DNA of 15,778 bases from Planctomycetales bacterium (GTDB lineage: Bacteria > 4484-113): the NCBI GenBank assembly GCA_037445915.1, contig JBBIJQ010000045.1, forward strand, positions 1 through 15,778, read 5' to 3'. Below are positions 6,604 through 14,248 of the stretch, piece after piece. The stretch's first letter is position 1. The number at the start of each line of letters is the position of its first letter. Below the pieces are notes generated by a model that was not told where the DNA came from, made no database searches, and saw nothing but the letters and a program-made list of their open reading frames with translations. The translations under genes and the position numbers were made by a program.

Positions 6604-7542
6604 TTACCGGGGCTGCGCCTTGAACTCCCGCAGCCAGATTCGCCGCGACAGCTCCGCCTGGCGCTCCAACATCTTGCGCCCGTTGATAGCCTCGCATCCC
6701 TGAAGCTTCGCTAGAAAGAGCAGCCGCGTCTCCACGGGATTGCATACCAGGTCAAAGACCGCCTTGAACAGGCGCAGGAAGCGCGGGTGGTCGCCCAGCG
6801 ATTCTTCAGCATTTGGGAACAGCCCGACCGGCGTCGCGTTCACCAGCAAGTCAAAATGGCGCGGGCCTTTATCAAACTCGGATTCGTTAAAGACGTGATT
6901 GGTGTTCACGCCCTGCTCTTCCGCCAGCTCGCCGACGCAGCGCGCGTCCAAGCCGGTTTGCTCCAAAAACACACTTTGGTTTTCCGCCCAGCCGAAGAAG
7001 TCTTGAAAGTGCGCGAGCTTCACCGTCCGCACACGCTTATTCATTGCCGCTGTTATCCGGCGCACTGCTTCCAAGTTGCGGCCGCTGCGGTGGACTACAA
7101 CGAGCCGTTCGCATCCCGACTGCGCCAGCGCATACAGGACGGCGAGAGCCGCGCCGCCTGAGCCAAATATGAGAGCGCGCTTCACCGGTTCTTTCACAAC
7201 GGAGTACAGCGCGTCCGCAAAGCCCTGAGCGTCGGTGTTGTAGCCTACGAGCTTGCCGTCGGCTCGGCGCACTATCGTGTTCACCGTATCCAGGGCTGCG
7301 GCATCGCCCTCAAGCTCGCTAAGGAAGTGCGCCGTTGATTGTTTGTAGGGGAGCGTCACATTTGCGCCGAGAAAGTCTTCCTCCGCAAGCACCGCGCGCA
7401 GCGATTCACTGAAAGTGCCAGGGGGGATTTCGCGCTCGGCGTATTCCAGCGGAAGTTTCATCTTGGCGAAATGCGCGTTGTGCACCTGCGGCGAAAGGGA
7501 ATGCCCCAGCGGGTAGCCAATCAGATACAGCTTGTTGCGCAC
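6604..7542 (-). CDS. aroE: Shikimate dehydrogenase family protein; true start GTG 7542, not 8037
   Basis: LIGYPLGHSLSP, GANVTLPYK, VNTI, GYNTD, GSGGAA, LLVNATPVG. The upstream ORF extension is antisense to the CofE-like gene. A promoter box sits 7 nt before GTG 7542. Confidence 0.9.
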   Translation of the reverse strand: MRNKLYLIGYPLGHSLSPQVHNAHFAKMKLPLEYAEREIPPGTFSESLRAVLAEEDFLGANVTLPYKQSTAHFLSELEGDAAALDTVNTIVRRADGKLVGYNTDAQGFADALYSVVKEPVKRALIFGSGGAALAVLYALAQSGCERLVVVHRSGRNLEAVRRITAAMNKRVRTVKLAHFQDFFGWAENQSVFLEQTGLDARCVGELAEEQGVNTNHVFNESEFDKGPRHFDLLVNATPVGLFPNAEESLGDHPRFLRLFKAVFDLVCNPVETRLLFLAKLQGCEAINGRKMLERQAELSRRIWLREFKAQPR

Positions 7543-7549
7543 GCGGGCA

Positions 7550-7595
7550 ATTATCGCACTAGCTTGCGGCAGGAGCAAGTTTGCCCTGCTATAAT
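7550..7595. promoter_or_regulatory. Back-to-back extended -10 promoters for aroE (-) and the CofE-like gene (+)
   Basis: - strand TG-C-GATAAT (7558-7550), 7 nt before GTG 7542. + strand TG-C-TATAAT (7587-7595), 7 nt before GTG 7603. Confidence 0.7.
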
Positions 7596-7602
7596 CCCGC
7601 CA

Positions 7603-8292
7603 GTGGGTAAAGAGAAACAGCCCGAAATAACCGCCGGCGGCCTGCGCTACCTGCGCATCCCCGTAATAACGCACATTCTTACAGGGGAGGACGACCCGAT
7701 TGATGTAGTGCGCCGGTACGCCCTTCCGCTTTCGTTGGAAGGCGACATCCTCTTCATCGCCGAAACGGGGCTGGCGATAATGCAGGGGCGCGCACGCCCG
7801 ATTTCGGGCATCCGCGTCACTCCGCTGGCGCGCTTGCTTTGTCGCTTCGTCACCAAAAGCAAGTACGGAACCGGCCTGCGCAGCCCATACGCGATGCAGG
7901 TCGCCATTGAAGAAGTTGGCGCGCTGCGGGTGCTGATGGGGACGGTTGCGGCGGCGTGGGGCAAGCTCGTGCTCAGGCGCACCGGCGATTTTTATAACGT
8001 GGCAGGCCTCGCAACGAAGATGATTGACGCGGAGCACACGATGGGCATTGAGCAGTATTACGAGTGCGTCATCCCAGGGCCGGTGCGCATCCCCGAAACC
8101 TGCCGCGCGATAAAAGGCTCAACCGGCCTTGACGCCTGCGTCGTTGATGTAAACGATATCTTCCCGCCCTGGATAATCGGCGGCAGTTTTGACGCCTCGC
8201 GCTTCCCCGAAGTTGCCTCCGCTCTCACGGACAACCCGCTGGGACAGGGCAATGAGTGCACGCCGATGGGGCTTCTGCGCCGCCTGGAGTGA
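7603..8292 (+). CDS. CofE-like (F420-0:gamma-glutamyl ligase family) protein; start GTG 7603
   Basis: IPVITHIL..DD..DVVRRY....GDILFIAE..LAIMQGR, FYNVAG...KMID, VVDVND and the terminal DNPLGQGNECTP match bacterial CofE-like proteins. Confidence 0.8.
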   Translation: MGKEKQPEITAGGLRYLRIPVITHILTGEDDPIDVVRRYALPLSLEGDILFIAETGLAIMQGRARPISGIRVTPLARLLCRFVTKSKYGTGLRSPYAMQVAIEEVGALRVLMGTVAAAWGKLVLRRTGDFYNVAGLATKMIDAEHTMGIEQYYECVIPGPVRIPETCRAIKGSTGLDACVVDVNDIFPPWIIGGSFDASRFPEVASALTDNPLGQGNECTPMGLLRRLE

Positions 8293-8347
8293 GCGCGCCG
8301 CGCTGCGCAGGCGCAACATTAACCCCCGCAGCCGGGTATCCTTATTG

Positions 8348-8356
8348 TGTTATCAT
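8348..8356 (+). promoter_or_regulatory. Extended -10 upstream of the ccs fusion operon
   Basis: TG-T-TATCAT, 24 nt before ATG 8381. Confidence 0.45.
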
Positions 8357-8380
8357 TCCCACGCGCTTTGGCTTACTGAC

Positions 8381-10852
8381 ATGCAAACCAGCCTAACACT
8401 TGTAATTGCGTCCGCTGCCCTGTATTTGGCTGCGGCGGTTTTTTACTTCGCAGCGCTCTCTTCAGAGAGGGCGCGCAGGCTCTCAGGCGTGGGCAGCATC
8501 TTGCTGCTCCTCGGCATCCTCGTCCAGCTTTACTGGTTTATCGCGCGCACAGTTGAATACTGGCGGCAGTACCACGGGTTCGTCCTACCCTCGGTCAGCG
8601 CGTTTGAAGCCATCGCGCTGATGGCATTTCTCATCGCGGTAGTTTACTACGCCACTGAGCTTACATCCAAAACGCGCGCCTTTGGCGGACTCGTCCTCCT
8701 CGTGCCCCTGGCTGCAATGGCGTATCTAGTGCTGCTGCTGCCAGACCAGTCGGGCCCGCGCGACCTGCCCCCCGCGCTGAAGAGCTACTGGCTTCCTACG
8801 CACATCGGCACGCTCATCCTCGCTTACGCAGTCTTTTCAATAGCTTTTATTCTTGCAGTGTATTACCTCTTCCGCCTGTGGCGCGCTTCCGCGCAGACGG
8901 GCGCGGAGGACAAGGCTGCTCTCGCGCGGATTGACCGCGCCATCTACACGCTGACACTCGCGGGCTACCCTTTCCTCACGCTTGGGCTGTTCCTCGGCGC
9001 AGTCTGGGCAAACGAGGCATGGGGGACTTACTGGGCTTGGGACCCAAAGGAAACCTGGGCGCTTGTAACCTGGGTTTTCTACACGATGTACTTCCACGCG
9101 CGATTGTCTTTGCGATGGCAGGGCGCGCTTTCGCAGGCGCTGAACATAAGCGCGTATGCCGTCCTGCTCACTACCTTCATCGGCGTTGACCTCATCTCAG
9201 CGGCTTTCGGCATTGAAAGCATCCACGCCTACGCCACCACCAAAGGCGGGTTACTTGGCATTATCGGCCTGTTCGTGTTTATCGCCGTGCCGCTGGTGTA
9301 TGCCCTCTGGCCAAGGGTGGCGAAGGAGAAACCGCAACAGGAACCTGACGCAAAGGGGAGCGAAGCTGGGCTATGGGAGCTATTTGTTGGGCTGCTAAAG
9401 TCTATCCCCTCAGCGGTCGCGATGCTGGCCATTTTTGGCATCCTCTGCATTATCGGGACCCTAATCCCGCAGCGCATACTCGGCGCGCAAGATGCGCAGC
9501 TTATCGCCAAGTTCGGGGAAAGCGGCTTCAAGGCGCTGGAGGCGATGGGGCTCACGGACATATTCAGGACTTGGTATTTTGACCTCGTGTTTTTCTGGCT
9601 TGCGTTGGCAGCGCTAATATGCACTCTTGCGCGCCTGCGCGGGGTGAGGGCTGACTTGAAATCCAGGCCGGGGGCCGCTACAGCCGCGTCTATTCTGGGC
9701 TGCGCAAGCGCGAAGCGCATATGCGCAAGCGAAGTGAAGCTTGGCCTTGACGAATTCATAGCTAAGCTGCGTGCCCGGCGTTACCGCGTCTTCACTTCAG
9801 AAGCCGGCGGGGCGATGGTAATCCAAGCGGACCGCTGGGCGCTGCGGAAGTATATGCCCGTTATCTTCCACGCCGCCATACTCGCCATATTCCTGGGCGG
9901 GGCGATTGGGCGGGTGTGGGGTTATAGCAGCGCCGTCACCGTCCCGAAGGGCGGGGAAGTTGTTGAAACCTTCCGCGTTTCGCAGGACAAGGAAGGGCTA
10001 AGCGCGAAGCTGGCGTCGCTTGTTAAAGCGCAGAGTTACGAGCTTAAGCTGCGCGACTTTACCATTGAATACAACAAACGCGCCGCGAAGCTTGACGCTT
10101 ATGCCGACATTGAAGGCAGCGAAGCCATCGCGGAGTTTGAAAGCTACGAAATACGCCACTTCATCTCAGACCTTGTTGTTTCACATAACGGGCATGAGGT
10201 GCAAGGGCAGGTCGTGGTCAACCACCCGCTGCGCGCCGGCGTGACGACGTTTTACCAGACAAGCTACATGAAGACAGGCTACGTCACCGTCAGCTTTGAC
10301 GGCCAGGAAAGCACTTATCATGTTCGCCCCGGCTACGCCTACCAGGTCGGGCCGGATGGCGAACTCTGGGAAGCAGACCGGGGCATTGACCCGAACGGCA
10401 GCGAAATTCTCGCCCATCCCGAACCCATTGGCGGCACATTCCCAGTCAAGTCAGGCCCGCTATACGAAAGCGGAATACAGACCGGCCAGCTCGGCCCAAT
10501 CGGGCTGTTTCACCTTATCTCTCAAAACGGAACTCCCCTGCGCTTTGTGCTTCTCACGCCGGACAAGCCGCTTGAGCTTACAATCCCCGGGCACAAGGTT
10601 ACCGTGCGGATGGACGGCGTTACGGAAGATGTTTCTGTTTTCCAATACAAACAAGACCCGGGCGTGTGGCTTGTTTTCACTGGCTGGATGGCCTTGATTG
10701 CCGCGCTGCTAATCACGGCGTTTATCACCTTCGCGCGCATTGAAGCCTATTGGGGCGAAGACGGGGTTGTCGTGAGGGCGCGCACTCACGGGCCGCGCCC
10801 GGCGGACGCTTTTGCGAAGGCGATCGTGAAAACCCTAACCGGCGGCAGATGA
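8381..10852 (+). CDS. System II cytochrome c synthase: single-chain fusion with CcsA(ResC) N-terminal and CcsB(ResB) C-terminal
   Basis: N-half has PALKSYWLPTH, the WWD motif WANEAWGTYWAWDPKETW, YFHAR and SIHAY. C-half has IIGTLIPQ, GLTDIFRTWYF, LICTLAR, IFHAAIL, VVVNHPL...FYQTSY and DPGVWLVFTG. One continuous frame. Start ATG 8381, since 8189 overlaps the upstream gene. Confidence 0.9.
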   Translation: MQTSLTLVIASAALYLAAAVFYFAALSSERARRLSGVGSILLLLGILVQLYWFIARTVEYWRQYHGFVLPSVSAFEAIALMAFLIAVVYYATELTSKTRAFGGLVLLVPLAAMAYLVLLLPDQSGPRDLPPALKSYWLPTHIGTLILAYAVFSIAFILAVYYLFRLWRASAQTGAEDKAALARIDRAIYTLTLAGYPFLTLGLFLGAVWANEAWGTYWAWDPKETWALVTWVFYTMYFHARLSLRWQGALSQALNISAYAVLLTTFIGVDLISAAFGIESIHAYATTKGGLLGIIGLFVFIAVPLVYALWPRVAKEKPQQEPDAKGSEAGLWELFVGLLKSIPSAVAMLAIFGILCIIGTLIPQRILGAQDAQLIAKFGESGFKALEAMGLTDIFRTWYFDLVFFWLALAALICTLARLRGVRADLKSRPGAATAASILGCASAKRICASEVKLGLDEFIAKLRARRYRVFTSEAGGAMVIQADRWALRKYMPVIFHAAILAIFLGGAIGRVWGYSSAVTVPKGGEVVETFRVSQDKEGLSAKLASLVKAQSYELKLRDFTIEYNKRAAKLDAYADIEGSEAIAEFESYEIRHFISDLVVSHNGHEVQGQVVVNHPLRAGVTTFYQTSYMKTGYVTVSFDGQESTYHVRPGYAYQVGPDGELWEADRGIDPNGSEILAHPEPIGGTFPVKSGPLYESGIQTGQLGPIGLFHLISQNGTPLRFVLLTPDKPLELTIPGHKVTVRMDGVTEDVSVFQYKQDPGVWLVFTGWMALIAALLITAFITFARIEAYWGEDGVVVRARTHGPRPADAFAKAIVKTLTGGR

Positions 10853-11856
10853 TGGAAATGGAGCTTGCGGGCGCGCGGTATTCAGTTTGCCTTGACGATG
10901 TTGAGCGCGAAATGCGCAGCATCCTCTACGAGGCGGACACTCTGGTGCATGATTACATCGCGCTAGTGGCGCAGGGAGTCGGCAAGCGCATGCGCCCGCT
11001 ATTGCTTATCATGTTTGCCGACCTCTTTGGCACGCCCGACCCCGGCAATGTAGTGGTGAGCGCGGCATGCTGCGAGCTGCTGCACACGGTTTCGCTCATA
11101 CACGACGACGTCATAGACTCGGCTGAGACCCGTCGCGGGCTGGCGACGCTCAACCACCGCTTTGGGAATGAGGCTGCGGTTATCGTCGGCGATTACATTC
11201 TCGCGCAGTCGTTCCTACGGCTTGCGCAGCTTAGGGACTTCACTATCCTTGAGCTGACAATCAACGCCAGCAAGAAGCTTGGGCTTGGGGTTATTGAGGA
11301 AATCCGCGCGCGCGACAAGCTAAACCTTTCGGCGGGTAAGTACTACGAGATGATAGGGCTGAAGACGGGCGCGCTGTTTGCGCTCGTTTGCGAGGGCGGC
11401 GCATACCTTGGAAACGCGGACGAAGCGGGCATGGCAAGCGCACGGGAATTCGGGCGCAACCTTGGGGTCGCGTTCCAGGTTGTTGACGACTTGCTTGACT
11501 TGACGCAGTCGCCTGACGAAGCGGGCAAGCCCACGTTCAGCGACTTACGCGAAGGGCGCATAACGCTGCCAGTGATATACGCATGCGAGACAGACCTTGA
11601 TAGGACTGCGCTTCTCATAGCCGCTTACAAGACTACTTATCGTGAATCACGGGAGAAGGAGATCCGCAAATGGCTGGTTGAGTCAGGCGCGCTGAGACGT
11701 TCGTTGGAAGATGCTAGCGGGCTGCTGGCATGCGCACGCAATGAGCTTGAGCGCGCAACGAGCTTAGGCGCACATCCCGAAAAGGCTGCGGGCATCCTTG
11801 AACTTACTAACCAGGTGCTGGTGCGCGTTCCGGCTTGGGCCAGGGAGCGCTGCTAA
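10849..11856 (+). CDS. Long-chain trans-polyprenyl diphosphate synthase (IspB/HepT-like)
   Basis: GKRMRP, first Asp-rich motif LIHDDVID...RRG, KTGALF, second motif FQVVDDLLD, GKP..SDLREGRITLP. Non-aromatic residues (V,S) before the first motif suggest a long-chain product. ATG overlaps the ccs stop (ATGA). Confidence 0.92.
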   Translation: MMEMELAGARYSVCLDDVEREMRSILYEADTLVHDYIALVAQGVGKRMRPLLLIMFADLFGTPDPGNVVVSAACCELLHTVSLIHDDVIDSAETRRGLATLNHRFGNEAAVIVGDYILAQSFLRLAQLRDFTILELTINASKKLGLGVIEEIRARDKLNLSAGKYYEMIGLKTGALFALVCEGGAYLGNADEAGMASAREFGRNLGVAFQVVDDLLDLTQSPDEAGKPTFSDLREGRITLPVIYACETDLDRTALLIAAYKTTYRESREKEIRKWLVESGALRRSLEDASGLLACARNELERATSLGAHPEKAAGILELTNQVLVRVPAWARERC

Positions 11857-11864
11857 GGCTTGTG

Positions 11865-13271
11865 ATGAATACAGGCGGCGACCCACGGGCTATCGCGCTT
11901 ACCATCCTCGCAAAACTTGACCCGTCGTCTTACGAGTATGAGAACAAGCGCAGGCCGTCGCACGAAGTAGAGGCACGGGCATATGACACGCTTCCGGCGG
12001 CGATGAACCTGCTGCTTACGGCGGCAAGGAACATTACCGTCCTTGACCGCGTTGTCCTCTCGTTCCTCCACGAGCGAAACCTTATGCACCTTACGCCGCG
12101 CGTGCGCAACGGGCTTAGGCTCGGCGCGGCGGAAATCATCTTCACCCAAACGCCGAGTTACGCAGCCGTCTCGGAATGGGTAACATCGCTGAAGCCTGAC
12201 GGCAAGCGCTTCTCGGCGCTCGCAAACGCGGTATTGCGCAAAGTCGCAGAGACCGCGCAGGCCGCAAGTGAGATCAACAACCCCGGCGACGCTCTTGGCT
12301 CATTAAACACGCCAAGCTCGCTGGCGCGTTTGGCGCAGGAACTGGCGAAAGGCGACAGCGAATGGCTGGAAGCGATGGCGGAGCTGCCGCCTGACGCGCT
12401 TTCAAAGATTTCATCGCATCCATACTGGCTTGTTGACGCCTGGCAAAAGCGTTTTGGTGGCAAGCTTGTTTGGATACTGTCAGCATCGCAACGCCCGCAC
12501 AGGCAGGCCATTCGCTGGGATGCGCAGGCGCGCGGCGGGATGGAGCGGCCTGAGGCCGAGCTGGCTGCACAGCTAAAAGCGCTTGCCGAAACAGTGGAGT
12601 TTCGCGGCAGGGAATACAGCCTCATGCCAGCCGGCGAATCAAAGCTTGTTTGCTGCGCATTTGACGCCGGTGTCATATCGCTGCAAGGAGTCGCGAGCCA
12701 AGCGGCAATCCTTGAATTCCCGCCGCCGGAAAACGGGCTGGCGCTGGACGCATGCGCCGGTTCAGGGATAAAGGCGACGCAACTCGCGCTGATGATGGGC
12801 GGGGCAAAGAGGCTCATCGCCTGCGACATCTCCAAGTTGAGGCTGGAAGAGCTTGTCGCCAATTTTGAGCGCCTCAAGATGCCGCCGCCGCAGTCATTCG
12901 CTTTTGACCTAACAAAGCCTGAGCACGTATCCGAGCTTCGCAGCGCTTTCCCGCAAGGCTTCCAGCGCATCTACATTGACGCGCCGTGCTCAGGCACGGG
13001 GACGCTAGGGCGGCTGCCATTCAAGCGGTTCCGGGTGAAACCTTCAGACATAGCCGCTCTCGCGGAAACACAACGAAATCTCATCGCTTCATGCGCAAGG
13101 CTGCTTGCGCCGGGAGGCGACATCGTTTACATCACCTGCAGCTTGCTAACCGGGGAAAATGAGGATGTCGTGGCGGGCAGCGGGCTTCGGACAATGGGAA
13201 CACCAATAACGATACTGCCTGAAACAGATTATCTGGAAGGCATGTTCGCGGCTAGAATCGAGCAGCGTTAG
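11865..13271 (+). CDS. rsmB: RsmB/Sun-family RNA m5C methyltransferase with a NusB-like N-terminus
   Basis: LRLGAAEI..., ANAVLRKV and SHPYWLV in the NusB-like/RsmB N-terminal part. LDACAGSGIKA (motif I), IDAPCSGTG (IV), YITCS (VI). Start could be GTG 11862 or ATG 11865. Confidence 0.85.
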   Translation: MNTGGDPRAIALTILAKLDPSSYEYENKRRPSHEVEARAYDTLPAAMNLLLTAARNITVLDRVVLSFLHERNLMHLTPRVRNGLRLGAAEIIFTQTPSYAAVSEWVTSLKPDGKRFSALANAVLRKVAETAQAASEINNPGDALGSLNTPSSLARLAQELAKGDSEWLEAMAELPPDALSKISSHPYWLVDAWQKRFGGKLVWILSASQRPHRQAIRWDAQARGGMERPEAELAAQLKALAETVEFRGREYSLMPAGESKLVCCAFDAGVISLQGVASQAAILEFPPPENGLALDACAGSGIKATQLALMMGGAKRLIACDISKLRLEELVANFERLKMPPPQSFAFDLTKPEHVSELRSAFPQGFQRIYIDAPCSGTGTLGRLPFKRFRVKPSDIAALAETQRNLIASCARLLAPGGDIVYITCSLLTGENEDVVAGSGLRTMGTPITILPETDYLEGMFAARIEQR

Positions 13272-13283
13272 CCATCTCAGTTA

Positions 13284-13312
13284 TTGCGAATGCGCTTTTG
13301 GAATGGTAAAAT
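13284..13312 (+). promoter_or_regulatory. Sigma70-type promoter for nfnAB
   Basis: TTGCGA (13284-13289), 17 bp, TAAAAT (13307-13312), with an extended TG at 13304-13305. Confidence 0.65.
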
Positions 13313-13350
13313 GCGCCGATTGCTGATTCCCCTTAACAAGCACAAGTGAT

Positions 13351-14229
13351 ATGGCTGACGCAACAACAAAAGAAAACCTCATTATTTTCAAGAAACGGCT
13401 CTCGGAAAATACCGTCCGCATAGAAGTCACCGCCCCGCTAATCGCCAAGAAGGCGCTGCCAGGGCAGTTCGTTATCCTGCGCGTGCATGCGCGCGGCGAG
13501 CGAATTCCCCTGACTATCGCGGACAGCAATCCCGGGAAAGATACCATTACCCTCATTTTCCAGGAAGTCGGTAAGAGCACGCTTATGCTTGGCTGCCTGG
13601 AAGAAGGCGACAGCCTGCACGACCTGGTCGGCCCGCTGGGGCATCCTACTCCGATTGTGAATTACGGCACGGCGATAGTCGTCGCGGGCGGCCTCGGCAC
13701 CGCGGAGATGTATCCCATCGCGCGGGCGCTGCGGGCGGCGGGCAACCATGTCATAACCATCGTAGGCGCGCGCAGGGAAGACTTGCTCGTGCTGCTTGAC
13801 GAGATGCGCAGCGTTTCCGACGAGGTCATAGTAACGACTGACGACGGCAGCGCCGGACGCAAGGGCGTGGTCACGGAACCGCTTAAGGAACTGGTTGCAT
13901 CCGGGCGCGCCAATTTCGTGATTACCTGCGGGCCGGTCATCATGATGAAATTCGTCGCCGAAGCCACGCGCGAAGCCGGGATACTCACGATGGCATCGCT
14001 CAACCCCATCATGGTCGACGGTACGGGCATGTGCGGAGTGTGCCGCGTAACCGTGGGCGGGAAAACGCGATACGCGTGCGTGGACGGCCCCGACTTTAAC
14101 GCGCACGAGGTGGACTTCGCCGAGCTGATGCTGCGCCAGAAGACATACTGCCCGCAGGAAAAGCACGCGATGGAGCTCTGGCAAGCAGAGCGCGAACACT
14201 TATGTAAGGCAATACCCCCGAAGAGCTAA
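13351..14229 (+). CDS. nfnA: NfnA/SudB-type FAD, [2Fe-2S] small subunit of NADH-dependent ferredoxin:NADP+ oxidoreductase
   Basis: PGQFVILR..GERIPLTIAD, VGPLG.P, GGLGTA, CGPVIMM and the [2Fe-2S] motif MVDGTGMCGVCRV...ACVDGP (Asp + 3 Cys). Confidence 0.9.
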   Translation: MADATTKENLIIFKKRLSENTVRIEVTAPLIAKKALPGQFVILRVHARGERIPLTIADSNPGKDTITLIFQEVGKSTLMLGCLEEGDSLHDLVGPLGHPTPIVNYGTAIVVAGGLGTAEMYPIARALRAAGNHVITIVGARREDLLVLLDEMRSVSDEVIVTTDDGSAGRKGVVTEPLKELVASGRANFVITCGPVIMMKFVAEATREAGILTMASLNPIMVDGTGMCGVCRVTVGGKTRYACVDGPDFNAHEVDFAELMLRQKTYCPQEKHAMELWQAEREHLCKAIPPKS

Positions 14230-14248
14230 TGCAGTTGGTGGCGAACAT

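Noticed and set aside
7339-7602. N-terminal extension of the CofE-like ORF
   Set aside because: It is antisense to aroE. GTG 7603 follows a perfect extended -10.
7543-8037. 165-aa N-terminal extension of AroE in the ORF track
   Set aside because: It is antisense to the CofE-like gene. AroE similarity begins at GTG 7542, which has its own promoter box.
8189-8380. 64-aa N-terminal extension of the ccs fusion
   Set aside because: It overlaps the CofE-like gene, is Arg-rich and low-information, and contains the likely promoter. The first TM helix starts at ATG 8381.
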